64,000 nucleotides of DNA from Takakia lepidozioides (taxonomy: Eukaryota > Plantae > Bryophyta). Position 1 is the stretch's first letter; the number at the start of each line of letters is the position of its first letter. A model generated the notes under the pieces. The model saw only the letters and a list, made by a program, of their open reading frames with translations. It was not told the origin of the DNA and searched no databases. The stretch spans positions 54,436,001 through 54,500,000 of the forward strand of contig CM060733.1 of assembly GCA_030704615.1 (NCBI GenBank), in the 5' to 3' direction. Shown here in pieces: positions 50,250 to 64,000 of the stretch. The position numbers and the translations under genes are program-made.

Positions 50250-53190
50250 CTTGTACATGCATTGCAAACACAAACAAATGTGATGTGGTTGGGCTTCGCC
50301 CCTTCGCACAACATTTGCTCCTAGGTCTCCAAAGCCTCCATCCCGCACCCTTGCTGTGCATATCCTGCAATCATCGCACTCCACGACACCACATCTCGTT
50401 CAGCCATACTGTCGAACACTCCCTTCATACATGTCCACAAGGGTATTGTTTTGAATGACATTTTGTACAATTATAGGTCTGACAATGGGTCCACTAGGGT
50501 AGTGTTCAGAATGACATCTGGTACAATTCTAGCTTTGACGATGTCACCACGGACCTCTTTCCCCTTTTCCAGAGCTCCCAGGCTTACACATGCATTGCAA
50601 ACACAAATAAATGTGATGTGGTTGGGCTTCGCCTCTTCGCGCAACATTTGCTCCTAGGTCTCCAAAGCCTCCATCCCGCACCCTTGCTGTGCATATCCTG
50701 CAATCATCGCACCCCACGACACCACATCTCGTTCAGCCATACTGTCGAACACTCCCTTCATACATGTCTACAAGGGTATTGTTCTTAATGATATTTTGGC
50801 CGCCCGGAAGTACTGCTCTAGCTCCAAGAGCCAGGTGTTGAGTGCCTTCCGATTTCGGATGCCCTTGAAGATGCCGGGTTTCTTATGCTTCACCTTAACT
50901 TTTGCCTTAGTGGAAGTGACATTAGCCGCCTTCAACATGTCTTTCAACGTCCCGCCAAACTGCGCCAACAACCCTTCCCAAAAGGCTGCTGGCATGGGAG
51001 ACATCTGTTGGTTTGTCGGAGCTCTCAGAGATTCCACGGGCTCCGACTCCTCAGATTCCTCCCGTTCTTGAGTGGCCTCATTTTCAAAAGCATGCATCGC
51101 TTCCTCAAATGGCCGCTTCCGTGACACGCCGCCCCTATCGGGCTCACCAGGATCATCATCTTTCGGGCCGTTTCGCTTTCACGGCTTGCCCGACCCCATG
51201 ATGAGGCCGATCCCAAGGACGATCGCGTACTGAACTCTAAGCTCTGATATCAAGTGTCGCACACCTCACTTTGGTAAGCTCCCCTTCAAGTCATAGTTAC
51301 TCGCTTTGATGCGCGCGCCTAACTCCCAAACTGGTTGCTTGGCCAACTCGGAGCTTCGGCTGCTCACTAGGACATAATGGTCCCCCTTTACTCCTCTACA
51401 AGACCCTCTCCCAATTTGGGCCTAGTGGAAATTCCCTTTGGTCGATGGCAGTCCGGAATAGCTCCCCACACATTGGTCGCTTTCCGGCTCGCACGCTTAC
51501 TCACTAGTTTTCGGTCACCAATGGGCTTGCACCATTCTCGGGGTTACTACTCCCTATATATATTTCTGTGACTGTCCGCGGGGGTTTCACAAACAACCAT
51601 GCCATTTTATGGCGAACCACCACGAAAACCCTCGATTCCCGGTGATGAGTCGCGGTGAGTCTTGGCCCACCCACCACGGTCCCATTGGACTGTGATGAGT
51701 CCCAAGACCCCCCACAACTCCCACCACAAGGTCTCCGCCCCCAGGGTGAGTTCTATGCCACCCCCACTAAGTCCCACTAAGCTAACACCACCCCTCGTGG
51801 AACCACCCCCACCGCAATCCGGTGTGCGGGGCTCCACCTAGTGAGCGCCTCCGCCTCCTCGAGTGCCTTGGGCACTCAAGGGTGCTTCAGCCCCCGCATC
51901 TATTGTCGCCACTGCCCTCACCACAGGGGCAGCCCCTCTCGTGTCTCGACCCCCTGCCCTCAAGGCAACGGGCCGCGACATGACACCACATCTTGTTCAG
52001 CCATAGTGTTGAAAACTCCCTTCGCATCTTTGGCGTGAATCCACTTTGGATAATGTGAGTGTGCACCTGCTTTTCAGCTTCCAGTCCTTTCATCTTGATG
52101 CACTTAAGCAAGAGACAGACAAACGTATCTGAATCTGCCGAAATGCCTCCTGCATTTGGCATGAGGGTATTGTTCAGAATGACATCTGGTACAATTCCAG
52201 CTTTCGCGATGCAACCAACGAGCTAACTTACAGAATTCAATATGCATCTCAGGGCCGAGTCTGATGAGAGCGCAAAACAGGCTGAAATATGCCGAAGAAG
52301 AAGGTTCCCTCGCCACATTGTCCTTGACCTTGTGTCATGACCCATGGAGGATTTGACCGACCATCAACCCAAATGGACCTCTCGTATATGTAGTCAGGTA
52401 ATGTCGGATTGGTCTGTGAGAACCACCACGGTGTAGCTGAGCGGGCAAAGATTGACACGGCCTGCTAAGACCAAGCTGACTCTCCCAAGAACCTTATAAA
52501 CATCATGCAAAATACCAAATCAGGGTACTAACAAGAGCCAAGTGCCCACATTTGCAGGATGGACAAACTTCTTCACATCATACATTAAGAAAAAGCCACA
52601 CCGTACAATTGCGGTTGTCCCACCATCGTGACGGATCTTTACAAAACTCATGCCAGCTCTGCTCCGTGCTCCAAGGTAGCGGTTTGTGCTCGAAAATCCG
52701 ACACAGAGAGCAATCAGCATCTGGAGGCAGTATTCGGTTGACCTACTATTCTAGAAGTGGGAGCTTGGTACACAATCCTGCAATCATCGCATTCCATGAG
52801 ATCATATCTCTCTTAGGAATCCCATCAAACACTTGGTAAGCATCCACCACACTCCCGCACTTGCAGTACATGCTGATTAGAGCATTGCCCACACGGACAT
52901 CTGATTCAAATCCAGACTTTAGAATTTCACCCTCTCTCGTTGCCTAACACCAAAGAGTGCAACTGCGTCTGCCCCATGCCCTTGCTGAGAAAATCCTGCC
53001 ATCATTGCCTTCCACGAGACTACATTTTGTTCAAGCATTTCGGAAAACACTCACCGTCCATCCACTATACTGCAGCACTTGCAATACGTGCTGAGAAGGG
53101 CAGTCCCAACTCGGACATTTGACTCCAACCCTGCTTTGATGATCTTCCCGTGGAGCTGTCTGCCTTGCTCCAAGGTTGCTGGGGGTAGCA
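50250..53190 (-). pseudogene. Fragmented PLS-class PPR gene(s)
   Basis: Pieces at 50250-50797, 51981-52210, 52765-52930 and 53050-53190: [95 protein letters not shown]; stops and deletions. Confidence 0.85.
50796..51980 (-). mobile_element. Chromovirus copy 3, truncated (5' LTR 51255-51980, mutated PBS, gag 5' end)
   Basis: LTR and gag clearly homologous to copies 1 and 2 but more diverged; inserted right after PPR codons DVVS. Confidence 0.92.
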
Positions 53191-54986
53191 CATGTGTCTG
53201 CGAACTTCCGTTACAACCGACACACAAAAACGAAGACGATGATATGGCTGACAACGACGACGTGGCATGATGACGATGATGTGGCGACGATGATGTGGCA
53301 CTATGGCACCCTATTCATGCTCCATGCTAAACTAGCTCTCGACCTTCGGTCGACGCTAGAATTTAGTGGTTATTTTAAATTTAAATTTCTATTATTTATA
53401 ACCGGGTTTATAACCGGCTGGTATTAGATTGGAATACCCATCCTATTGATACCCGTCCGCAAATCGAAAGTCACACTACTATTGAGAGCCGGCGGGTATT
53501 AAAATTAAGGGAATCTTTCAATACTATGGAACCGGCTGGTATTGCAAATTAATTTCTTTTCAATACCCGGACCCGGCTGGTATTAGAAAAAGTAGTACCC
53601 GCCCAACACTGGTTGGTACATGCTCACGTGAGCACGGCATGAGCACAACCCGCGGTCATAGGGGTTAAATGATTTCAAATAGGAATTACATGTTAACATG
53701 CACAGTGCATATGAGTACCTTCAGATTAATTTTCTCAGTGCGAAAATAACTTTTCAAGGGCTTAAACTGCCGATACCGGACTGAAAACCACGATTTCTGT
53801 TTTTCTGGGGTTGACCTGCAATGAATAGTCTTCATAACATCGTAACTGTTCGCATAACGTGAGGAAACCCCACGCCTCTACGGTAACATGTTTATCGTGT
53901 ATAGGTGTTACTTGTTTCTTAAGTGATGTTGTGAGGCCTATGTGAGCAGTTAAGAATAGTTTCAAAAAGTTTTTAGTTTCTCAATTTTAGTTTCACCGGA
54001 GAATATTCGAAAGGCATCTAGGGAATATACTGATTATTCGCTTGTGCTCGCGTGAGCATCTCACACGCTACCCAACCTCATCTAGACAAGTAACTCACTG
54101 GTTACCATCCCAAACAAAGAACATTTTATCAAAGAAGACTTGAGTCCCCACTCTCTTAACAACATATGTCCCAAATTCCGTGTTCACCTCAAGCCACAAA
54201 GGATCCCACGTCTCGATGTAGTCATCAACAGATGCCTCCACCCCATTGCTGGCTGTCAATGACACATAGAATACATGCAAGCCTAACCAATAGCCATGAA
54301 CAGAATCCCTTCAAGTTTGATTATGTCATGATGAAGAGCCCAACGAACAACTCGCATGAATATCATTATGCGCATGAATATCATTATGCACAAGGATGTC
54401 ATGAGCCTCCATATGAAACTTTGAATTGACTTAATAACATGGGCTAAGTTTACATTCTGGATCGTCATTCTATCCTTGTAGTGAGGATTGTCTTCCTGCT
54501 CATTTTGATCTTGGAGCACTTAATTGGTCTGCAGGTTCATCTGCTGGTTCATTTTCAGCTTGGTCTGTAGAAGGTTCTGACCCCTTCTTCCTCTTTCTTA
54601 TTAGCCATGAACATACATAACACCAAAAATCAACTATCAAGCAACACAAGAAGTAAGGAAGAATCCTAACAGGGCCATGTTGGCACTGCATGGACTGCAA
54701 GAGGAAAGCCTTGAAATTGCGGTTGTTGATGACCTCATTTTCCAAGGCTTTTCCTCCACAAGTATGACTTAAAAAATGATGTTCTGGCCTTTTAAACATG
54801 GGAGTACCTAGATGGGGATAATTCTGAGCTATAAAAGAGGGTAGGATGGTGGGAGAATAACCTGCATAGGGGTAAGTCCTAGTTCGAGGGCGGTTTCTGC
54901 GGGGCTGAAGGAAGAAGAGGGAGCTCGCGGTTTGAAGGTCCTGCTGTTCTGAGTGGATGCAAGGTCGGAGGCGGTTGGCAGGAAGG

Positions 54987-55594
54987 ATGATAGAGCCGAG
55001 CTCGTTTGATGCGATAGTGCTGGGCACGGGTCTTCCAGAGTCCATGCTGGCGGCGGCCATAGCTGCTTCAGGCCGATCTGTGCTGCATCTAGACTCGTAT
55101 GATTTCTACGGACGGAACTGGGCATCTCTCTCCTTCTCTCAGATTTCTTCTTTCGGCGCATCTGGGGGAGACATTGACATCCCTCCTCCCCTGCGTACAC
55201 CAGCCATCGCTGATAATTTCTTACAAGAAGATGGAAACCCTAACTCTCTGGACTTGGGGCTTGCAAATACAGGCGGTACGGTTGCAAATGGAAATGCAGG
55301 AGCGCAACAAGAAGATGGGATTCTGGGAAATGGGTTGCTAGAAACGAGAGCTTCTGATGGCGAAACCCCTCAGGATAGCCATGGAGGTGGTGGGAATCGA
55401 GAGCCACCATTATGGCTCGGAGAGGCCATTGAGTCGGAGCTGGCAGAAGCGGGTTTGGAGGCAATTGACATTAGAGTTGAACCCTCTTTATATTCTGATG
55501 TAAAGGTGTCTTCGCCGGATGGAGCGGCGCTTGGGCCGCTGCATAGATACTTCCTGGATTTGGCAGGTTAGTATTTGATCTTGCTGGCTGGAGT

Positions 55595-55636
<42 letters not shown>

Positions 55637-58600
55637 ATACACTGACAGGCACACACGCCTGCTTCCTCATATTGATCTCTTTTTTCTAGTATGCAGGCCC
55701 GAAGCTTGCTTTCTGCGGGGGACCTTTGATAGACGCTTTGCTCCGGTCTCAAGCCGACCACCACGTAAAATTTAAGGCCGTTGAGGCCAGCTACATTTGG
55801 AGGTCGGTGCTCCGATCTACAGCCTCCATCCGGTTTTGAGTAGCAAGGAACAATTCTGTGATGATACACTTTGTATGTAAATTCAGCGAGCTTTTCTGAT
55901 CGCTAGTCTGTTGTGAGCTCTGTGATTTGGTGGTTAAAGCTCTCCATGGTGATGAGATATGTCCAAGATTTGTATTTTATTTCGGTGGGATTATATTTAC
56001 TACCTAACTGGGGGCAACTTAAAGGACCTATTAAGGCATAATTAATGCAACGGCGTTTTTCTCCTTTGTTTCTCTCCCTTTTGCTCTATCTCATCACACA
56101 GTTTCTGAGATGGGTATTGCATGCAAATTTCCTTGAACTTAGTTAAGCAAAGAACACTGCAGAAGTATTGAATGTTCCATTCTCAGAGGAACCTCTTGTT
56201 CATTCAGGCAGAATGGGATGGAAGCTGTGCCAGCATCACGTGCAGATGTTTTCCAGGACCAGTCACTGAGCCTGCCTGATAAAAGATTTCTAATGCGGTT
56301 TTTCAAGCTTGTAACGGATTTTACCGAATCCCAAGATATCACCACTTTGGAGCTGGCAGCAGGCGATCTTGACCAGCCATTTGTGGAGCTTCTGCAGCGC
56401 AAACAACTGCCTCCTTCTGTTCAAAAGTAAAAATGTAGTTCCTCCTAGGTCCATGATGTGTCTGTATATTAAATTCTTAAGGTCATGTGTGTTTTCAATG
56501 TTCTCTTACTTGCTTGGTTGACCCGGTCCTCAAGTATCATTGCATGATATATTCAGTCTGCCCTCGAACTGACCTTTCAACGCTTGACCATGCCAGTTGC
56601 ATTGCGAGATCTTAGATCATCAGTGAGTGCCTTTCTTTTCTTACGGGGTGAAGAGTGCCTACATTTGGAGTGTCAACCCTGCAAAGCTAATGGATTTTGA
56701 GATGTATAAGCACATGATAATATAACGTGTGAAAAGAAGGTTCTAAGGTTGCTAGAAGTGACAATTGATGGTCTGAAGTCTCTGATGGCTGCAGGATGAT
56801 TCTATATGCTATTGCACTGGCTGATGATGACCAAGAGCTTGTGTCAGATCAAAGCACTCTTCTCACAGCTAGGGAGGGCCTTCAGAATTTGGCGCTTTAT
56901 CTTTCATCAGCAAGTAGGTCAGTCCTCAGCCTCATCTTTCATGATAATCAAGGGCTTTCTCTTAGGATGCCTTTCTCAGGATTCCATGCCCACACTGGTG
57001 GTGTCTTGTTGTAGATTTAGGGTCCACTAAGATATCCTACCTTTAATTTGGTTACAGATTTCCAGATGCACACAGTGCGTTTTTGTATCCAATGTACGGC
57101 CAGGGAGACCTGCCTCAAGCTTTTTGTCGATGTGCTGCTGTCCATGGGGCTTTATATGTGCGTCTCTTTCTGCCTCCTCTCCATTTCTAGTGATATGGAA
57201 TGGAAGACCACTCCGTTGTTTTATTCTGCAACTGCAAGCCACAGGGTGCTGCTACTCGTGTGTCACATTGGTATTGGAGACTAGCTAGTGAAGTTCAATG
57301 TATCTAAGAACACCCTTGTGGTGAGATAGCTGTGGCAGTTCCATAATCTGGTTGTCATGGACTGGGAGGGATTATGGCCTCAAGGCTATAGCGCTGTTTA
57401 ATAGCAATGCATCACACTTCGTACATCCACATGCTCTCTTGGTACCAAGTTGGACAAGTGGCTTATGAATGGCAAGCAGTACTCAGCAGTACATTGCTCT
57501 TTGGACTTAATGTGAGCTGCTTGTCTGGTCTCTGGAAACAGACATTTGATCAGAAATTGATGTCATAAGTAGTTAAATAAAAAAGACATGGGTCCAATAT
57601 GGTTTTTTAAGGCAATTCCATTAATTTGTGTAGGTTCTTCGGATGCCAGTCAAAGCACTTCTTATAGAGAAGGTAGGCTACTGCCCCACCTCTCTACGTC
57701 ATTGTTGTTTGGAGGTCAATATTTGCTTGGCTGCTTTTTTTCATTGCTGATCATATCTGTTTGGAAACGACAATGCAATCTGTCCGTGCCAATTATGAAT
57801 CCTTTGACGATGCTTATGACAGGTCTGGTTGGAGAAACTGGTACACTTATCCAAATATGTAGCTTTTAATAAATGAACTCAACCCTCATGCAATGTCTGC
57901 AGCAATGTCAACTTGATCGAATAGACTTTTCGTTTCTTACATAAGAAGCTACGTTTTCCATACAGGAGAGTGCAGAATACAAGGGTGTACTCACTTCGTC
58001 AGGGCAACTTTTGTACAGTGGCAAGCTCATCACAGGCCCTTCTTTCCGTCCTGGGTCTGGGCCACCCAATGATTTCTCATCTGGTGGTTTGGCATTTAGC
58101 GGTCCCGTAGGGGTTGAAGGGGGCGGTCAGCAGAGTAATGCCCGATGCAGGTCATCTGATGGAACCAGCACAAGTTCAGTGGCTGATGACCAAAGCAGTA
58201 GGCCAACCAAGGTGGCTCGTTGCATTTGTATTACGGATCGGTCGTTGCAGCCTTGCCAGAGCACCATTTTGGTGATATTCCCACCCCGATGTAAGCAGGC
58301 TCTCACAACACGTTACTTTCTGGGTTTGTTGCCTTCAAATTTCTGTGTGTGCCTCTCTATCTCTCTCTGCCCTTTTCCTACTACAATGACTAGCAGTGCC
58401 ACCACATCTTAATTCAGTTGAGGGCCGCATCAGCTGTGCTGGGATTGACATCATGCATTTTCTGAAAATAATAGCCAAGCAACCCTGTACCTTGGCTCGG
58501 GGTAGCTGCACATAAAGTGTATAAGAATGTTGGATTGAGATTGACATCCTGGCAAGTGAAAACACCCTCACTGTCGATCGCTGATAACTTGTGCTGAGGC

Positions 58601-60053
58601 ATAGCTTCAGGGTACATTGTAGTCGATGCTCAAAGGAGTGGTCTCTCCTTGTCTCTAGTGTAGCACATGTTTGAAGAATGAAAATTGAACTTAAATATGT
58701 AGAAAATAAATCCTTCCACTACTGCTGCCTGAATTGTTAGGGGGTAGAAGATGATGGTGATGATACGGTGCAGCACTCAGGATTACAACTTCGAAGGTGG
58801 TGCGAGCTTTGCAGCTGGGAACGAGCTCCGAAGTTTGCCCTAATGGCAAGTATGTTCCTCCTCCCCCCCCCCCCCCCCCCTCCACGCCACCACTCCCTCA
58901 GCCCAGCCACCACCCACCTGCCTCCCCCCCCCCCACCACGCCACCACTCCCTCGGCCTCTCCTGCCCTTTTGTTTATTCTGTAGGTACCCAGGACATTTG
59001 TGAACTAACCAGTGCGCAGTATCACTTGTGAGCATGATGAGGGATTGGTGGCCATTACTTCTCATGGACTGAAAAGCAGAGGCAACACATGACTGACTCA
59101 AAATCTTCTTAGTCTCAGGAGATTTTATATGCTATCAAACTACTGCATTGATCAAGCCGCAAGAATCTAATTTCTGTTTTCTCTGTTTTTTGGGTGGGGG
59201 CCCTGTATTTCACCAGATTTGTTATATATTTGTCGACGGTTTGCTCAGATGAGTCATCTGGAGAGGAGTCCTTGCGAGCCGCTACTGATGCTTTGTTCGA
59301 GGACGGGACTACTATGAGTGGTGCCACAGACGCAGCAAATGCAGTTACAAGTAGCAAGCCAAAGTTGCTGTGGTCTCTCAGCTATGTCCAGGCCATGTCT
59401 GCTTCTCACACCGTTGAGGTCAGGATGCCCACTTTCCCCTCTCTCCCACAGGTTTTCTAGTTCTACTGTGTCCCATGGGCCCTAAGGTCACTAGGAAATT
59501 TCGTCATTCTCCTCAATTCCCATAAAGCTCTTTCTTAGTTATTGGTTTCATCTGTGACTACAGACCCATGCAAGTAACGTGGGAGTGTGCAATATGCCCG
59601 ATGGAACTGTGGATTATCGGTCTATGATGACATCCACAGAAGCGGTAAAACTCAAACCTGTGCTCACTTATGCATTTTTTCCAGTCTGTAAAATGTCCCT
59701 GTCCATTACCCTTCCCCTCTTCACCTACACTCCATTCTGTTTATTCTCTGGCCGGAACAGCCAATCCCTTGCAGAAGTCTTTCACAAGGAGGACCGGAAA
59801 TGCTTGGCAGCATATCTAATATCTACCTTAAGAGATATCTTCGTGTTGAACAGTTCCTTTGGGCTCTTTCTTTCTTCACCCCTCTCTCATGTGCCATTGT
59901 GCTTGACCTGCCCAACTCTGTGTGCTTTTGTCTTGAAATCAGATATTCCATGAGCTGTTTCCGGAACAGCAGTTTTTTCAAAGAGCAGCTGCAGGGGCAA
60001 GCAGTGCTGAGGATGATGACTTGGGTGACAGTGATATGACCGACGGGGTCTAG
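54987..60053 (+). CDS. REP: Rab escort protein (GDI/CHM family, RabGGTase component A); exons 54987-55566, 55697-55802, 56208-56426, 56795-56917, 57058-57157, 57634-57672, 57966-58290, 58774-58849, 59217-59418, 59564-59644, 59943-60053
   Basis: [18 protein letters not shown]...[20 protein letters not shown]...[36 protein letters not shown] and an acidic C-tail; 11 exons splice in frame at GT-AG. Confidence 0.93.
55597..55632. repeat. (CT)n microsatellite in REP intron 1
   Basis: Directly visible. Confidence 0.95.
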
Positions 60054-61110
60054 TACGTTCTCATGAACTGTCGACAAGTTTGCAGCTCGATCTCTGGACC
60101 AGGTTACCATCATATGTAAAGATCCAGGAGGTTGTCACACCAGAAGTTTTAAACATGTCGTGTGTTGAATTCTCACTACCTAATGTAGGTTCTGCAAGAA
60201 TTTTGCAATGGGTAAATAGGCAGTTGCAAGGTTACACACCTCTAAGTTAGCTGTTATCCTCGTCTCTAGTCCTGTTAGAGGATAGAGGGTACTTTTCACC
60301 TTCTACTTAGCAAACTCCATTCTGACATCAAAACTCTTGGCACATGTTGTCAAGGCAGTCCTTACTGTGGCAACATCTCAGCACAGAGCACTCACTCTGA
60401 GAGTCATGTTTTTAGATGGGTGTAAATGTTTGTCCAAGATGAAAAGTATGCAAACCAAGCAAGAACAGTGACTGACTCATGTCATTGAATTTTTGCAATT
60501 GAGCAATTCAGATAACTTGAACATTGTTGCATTTAATTTCAAGTATTAGTATTTTTTTCAAACTAGACATGTTACTCTACTGCAGAAATTAATGCCACAT
60601 GGCTGTGTTCTAAAAGCAATTCCACTAATGACAATGTTGCTCTTCTTATATTATGCATGGGTGGCTTCACAGTATTCAAAGCTTCTTGCATCTGAACCTA
60701 GTCTTGGTGGTTGGGTGGTGGACAACTAAGAACAGAGACTTACAGATGTACATTGTGACAATCCATGATGAGATAGGAATTACATTGCAACTAATTTTTT
60801 GCTAAATATGAACCCTCCGAATTTCATATGTACTGCTCAAATCTCCTGCAATAGAATAAGAATGTGATCAGTAAAGGAACCTTGAAAGCAAAGTCCTGTG
60901 CCCGGATTTGACCCACCAGAATGTGAAGTGGCAGCTCCCTCCAAATTGCAGTAAGCCCTTACACACCCACCAACCAATTCAGTTGCAGGGATCGAGTGTT
61001 GATAAGAGAGGAATACAAAGACCTGGAAAGAAGGGGCCTTGTACAGCGTTGATGAGATCATACTCATAAGAGAAGGAGAATGTAGTATATTGATTGTTCT
61101 GACCAAACAA

Positions 61111-64000
61111 TCAATAGATGTCAAAGTAGGTTGTGTAGCTCTCATCTCTGAAAGAGGAAAGGGGAGCAAGCAGAAAGTTGCGTTTTCCTCCCTTTGCAAC
61201 AAAGCTGAAGGGATGATACGAAGCCATTCCTCGCTCCACTGTGAAAGTGCTGGTGGCATTAAACTTGTCATCGGTCCCCATTGGTCTGCATTTCAAGAGG
61301 ATGACTGGTCCATCTGTTGTTCCGTCATATTTTGAAGACAAAAAACAGCCTGGGTTACTCACTGCCTCAAATGACACGGTGTTCTTATTGCCTGAGAGCC
61401 CTGGACGGACCTGGAACACTGAATCTATTGCCCGGGAATCAGATGTCTGGTGTTTCAGTTGTTCTGTTCCCCTTCTGGAATGAGGACCAGAGAGCACCCG
61501 TGGCAAAATGTCAGGTACATTCTCAGACTGAGAAAGCAATGGCTGGTATCCCCACTGCTCAATCCTACCTGCAGAGTGGCGCATGGACTTACCAACCCCT
61601 GACCTCGATTTTTCGAGTTGGAAATGACTATCCCTGCTTTCAGCAGATTTGAACTGGGGAGATGATGCCCTTAGCTCAACCTCATCGACTACCACCACAC
61701 TACTATCTTCCCCCTTGTGTGCCAAGTATCGTCCGGGTTCACTGAAAAGCTCCAAAGAAACCAGCCCCTTGTCCATAGTGGAGACTACATTACCATTCAC
61801 GTCGTGTTTGAGAATCCCCAACAACTTCTTGCTAGTGGACTCATCTTCAAGTATATCAACCAGCGGAATGGCCAGCCGGAAAGTCGAGTATGCTGCCTCA
61901 TCTGTGCCGTCCAAAGGGACAGGGCCCATGACAGCAGAACCATTGTAATGTCCTAGACATAGTGCCAAAGTCCCTTGTGTCTCCGTGACAGACTCTTGGC
62001 TGAACATATATAGTTGGTTGAAATGGGATTGAGGAACAGGGACCACCCACTCAGAAGGAGTAGAAGGATCCGCAACAGACCCAAGCCTCCAATCTCTGAT
62101 GCTCATACCTGCCATCACATATGGACCAAAGAGGATCGCATGTATTGATGCATACTTAGGTCGATCATCTGTTTGCCACTCTCACCCACACAGGTGGCCC
62201 CACTTTAGCATCCTGACATTAACGAGATATAAAGCACAGAATTTCTCCTAAATCCTTCGCAACTGTTGCAGAATGATGACTCTTGCTATAAGACAGCAAT
62301 AGGCTGCTTTAAAGTAGGTATTGGAAGAAAGACTGTAAGAGACATAGTTAAGTTCAATGGGAGCAGCAATTAAAAATCAACATGAAATTTTCATATCATT
62401 ATATATTGGGTAGTTCCAGATTTTAAAGGGAAAAGATGTCCATGTGATCCAGCATGCTACCTTGGATTCTCTCTGTTCTTAAGCTCAGAGGGAGCACCAG
62501 CAAAAGCTTGTCACCAAAGGCCCACTTGCGCACAATACTCAAGTAGCTTCCTACATGCCCACAAAAAACAAATTCTTCACTACGGTCACTCACCAGTCTA
62601 TGACAAAAATTTGTGCTTGTCAACAGCCATAACAAATCCTTGGCTCCACCTATGAACTGTAAAAAAGTTACCAACTGTTAAACAGGGTCTTATGATATCT
62701 GGATTAGCAGCCTGCAGGGAGTTACATGCAGACCAACCCCACAGAAGCAGCCATTCTTTTAGTGGCGAATAATCACCAAATTTTGACCTCGTGCGTAGGT
62801 CCTGGCGACAGGGGTTAAAGGACATGACGTTGAAAAACGATGGATTTCGTCAAAATTTGATCTGGTGGGCCCATCTTTCGCCAGAGGGTTGGCAAGAGGG
62901 AGACACGTGTCAACATCCTAGAGAGGACATTAGAATGGAGGGTCCAGATCTCATGTTATCGGCACTTGCACTTTGTACCATCGCCACACATGCTCCACTT
63001 GGATGGATGCCACTCGCGCCATAATGTCTATAGCTTAAAAGGAACACTGCACAGAAGTTGAGAGGGGATTCAAAGAGACAGGCCAGCACAAAACATCTCA
63101 AATATTAGATCTATGATTACAACTCTGTGGTTGGAGACATCATACCTGGGGCTGGCACAAGGAGCTTTTGACCATTAAGGGTCGCACCACATCCCAGAGA
63201 GTCTGTCCACGAGGGAACTCGTATGTGGACTGCAGCTTCGGTTTCCTTACTGCTGTTAGTGAAGAACTCAAATGTGACCCGGAGATTGGGGTCTTCAGAA
63301 GTGAACGGTTCAATGGTCTGGTTGAGGAACAGCCCTGCTGTATCCCAAATGAGACTACTGGCTACAAATTGTACGATATATATGGCAGGAGTGGAACCGT
63401 CCTCTTCGAAGTAGATAGAATCACCCAGCTTAGCAAACGACTCAATAGCTGGAGGCATCACCATGGAACAGAACACATCAAAGGGGGAAAATGTTAGAGA
63501 AAGGGAAATGATCTAGCTGATCTCAGGGGATAAACTAACAACTCACAGTGCCAATGTATGCAGAAGTACGACACCAGGCGTCAGTGTCACTCGCTTCATG
63601 ATCGTACGGGCTACTGCCAAAGTGATGTCTAAAAGCCCTTGCAGTGTGTTCTTTCCATCGAGACTCTGAAGCAGCCGGGTGTCAATCGGACAAAGTTGTC
63701 CATGCTGGATGAGTCACATAGCAAAAACCACTGAGATGGGGCAAGGGTGCAACTAAACGGATCGCAATCATCAGTCCACCTTAATTTATTTGGAAGAGAA
63801 GTAGTTTACGGTCTACTTTCGCTGTCAACCCTCAGGGTGTTATCCGCCAAACAGTGTGGAAAGCTCCGAGATATACAGGCAGCCAACATTTGAAGAGAGA
63901 AGGTGAGCTAAAATGCTGGTACCTGACCCATAACAGCACCAGAAGGAATTGAACTTGTTTCCCCAGCCATGATAGCTTCTTGCTTTGGACATCCCAGGCC
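61111..64000 (-). CDS. GH127 beta-L-arabinofuranosidase-like protein (DUF1680, At5g12950-like), 3' exons 64000-63923, 63448-63146, 62550-62461, 62168-61111; 5' part off the right edge
   Basis: SYHGWGNKFNSFWCCYGSAIESFAKLGDSIYFEE, IRVPSW, DDRPKYASIHAILFGPYVMAG, and C-terminal YHPFSFVAKG...NFLLAPLSSFRDESYTTYF. Confidence 0.92.

Noticed and set aside
52244-52315. Hammerhead ribozyme (CTGATGA...GAAA)
   Set aside because: Stem II lacks its closing pair and stems I and III do not form convincingly in either topology.
59800-60039. ORF-track frame ending ...MMTWVTVI as the REP C-terminus
   Set aside because: The acceptor at 59942 gives the frame [36 protein letters not shown], which fits the acidic REP tail.

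Overview
Eukaryotic nuclear DNA with GT-AG spliceosomal introns, most consistent with a non-seed land plant (bryophyte, lycophyte or fern-like; the species cannot be determined from this window). Two gene islands flank a ~42 kb nested transposon and pseudogene graveyard. Left island (1-11.7 kb): the 5' part of SEC20, an At1g08530-like plastid membrane protein gene and a divergent AhpC/TSA-like thioredoxin-fold gene. Right island (55-64 kb): a Rab escort protein gene and the convergent 3' part of a GH127 beta-L-arabinofuranosidase-like gene. The middle holds a Crinkler-type NTPase pseudogene, a MITE, an LRR-RLK pseudogene, an intron-containing Plavaka-type transposase remnant, hAT and piggyBac transposase remnants, older Ty3/gypsy remnants, PLS-class PPR fragments and three copies of one young Galadriel-like chromovirus (one with an intact 1520-aa gag-pol). 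The most unusual signals are in that chromovirus: a ~850-nt 3' region made almost entirely of hairpins with recurring loop motifs, bracketed by a duplicated hairpin+PPT cassette; a long U3 fold-back; and one insertion that kept its PPT primer at the host junction. A 1.85-kb inversion with 4-bp microhomology can be reconstructed to the base. All calls were made by eye from the sequence and the ORF track; no searches were run.
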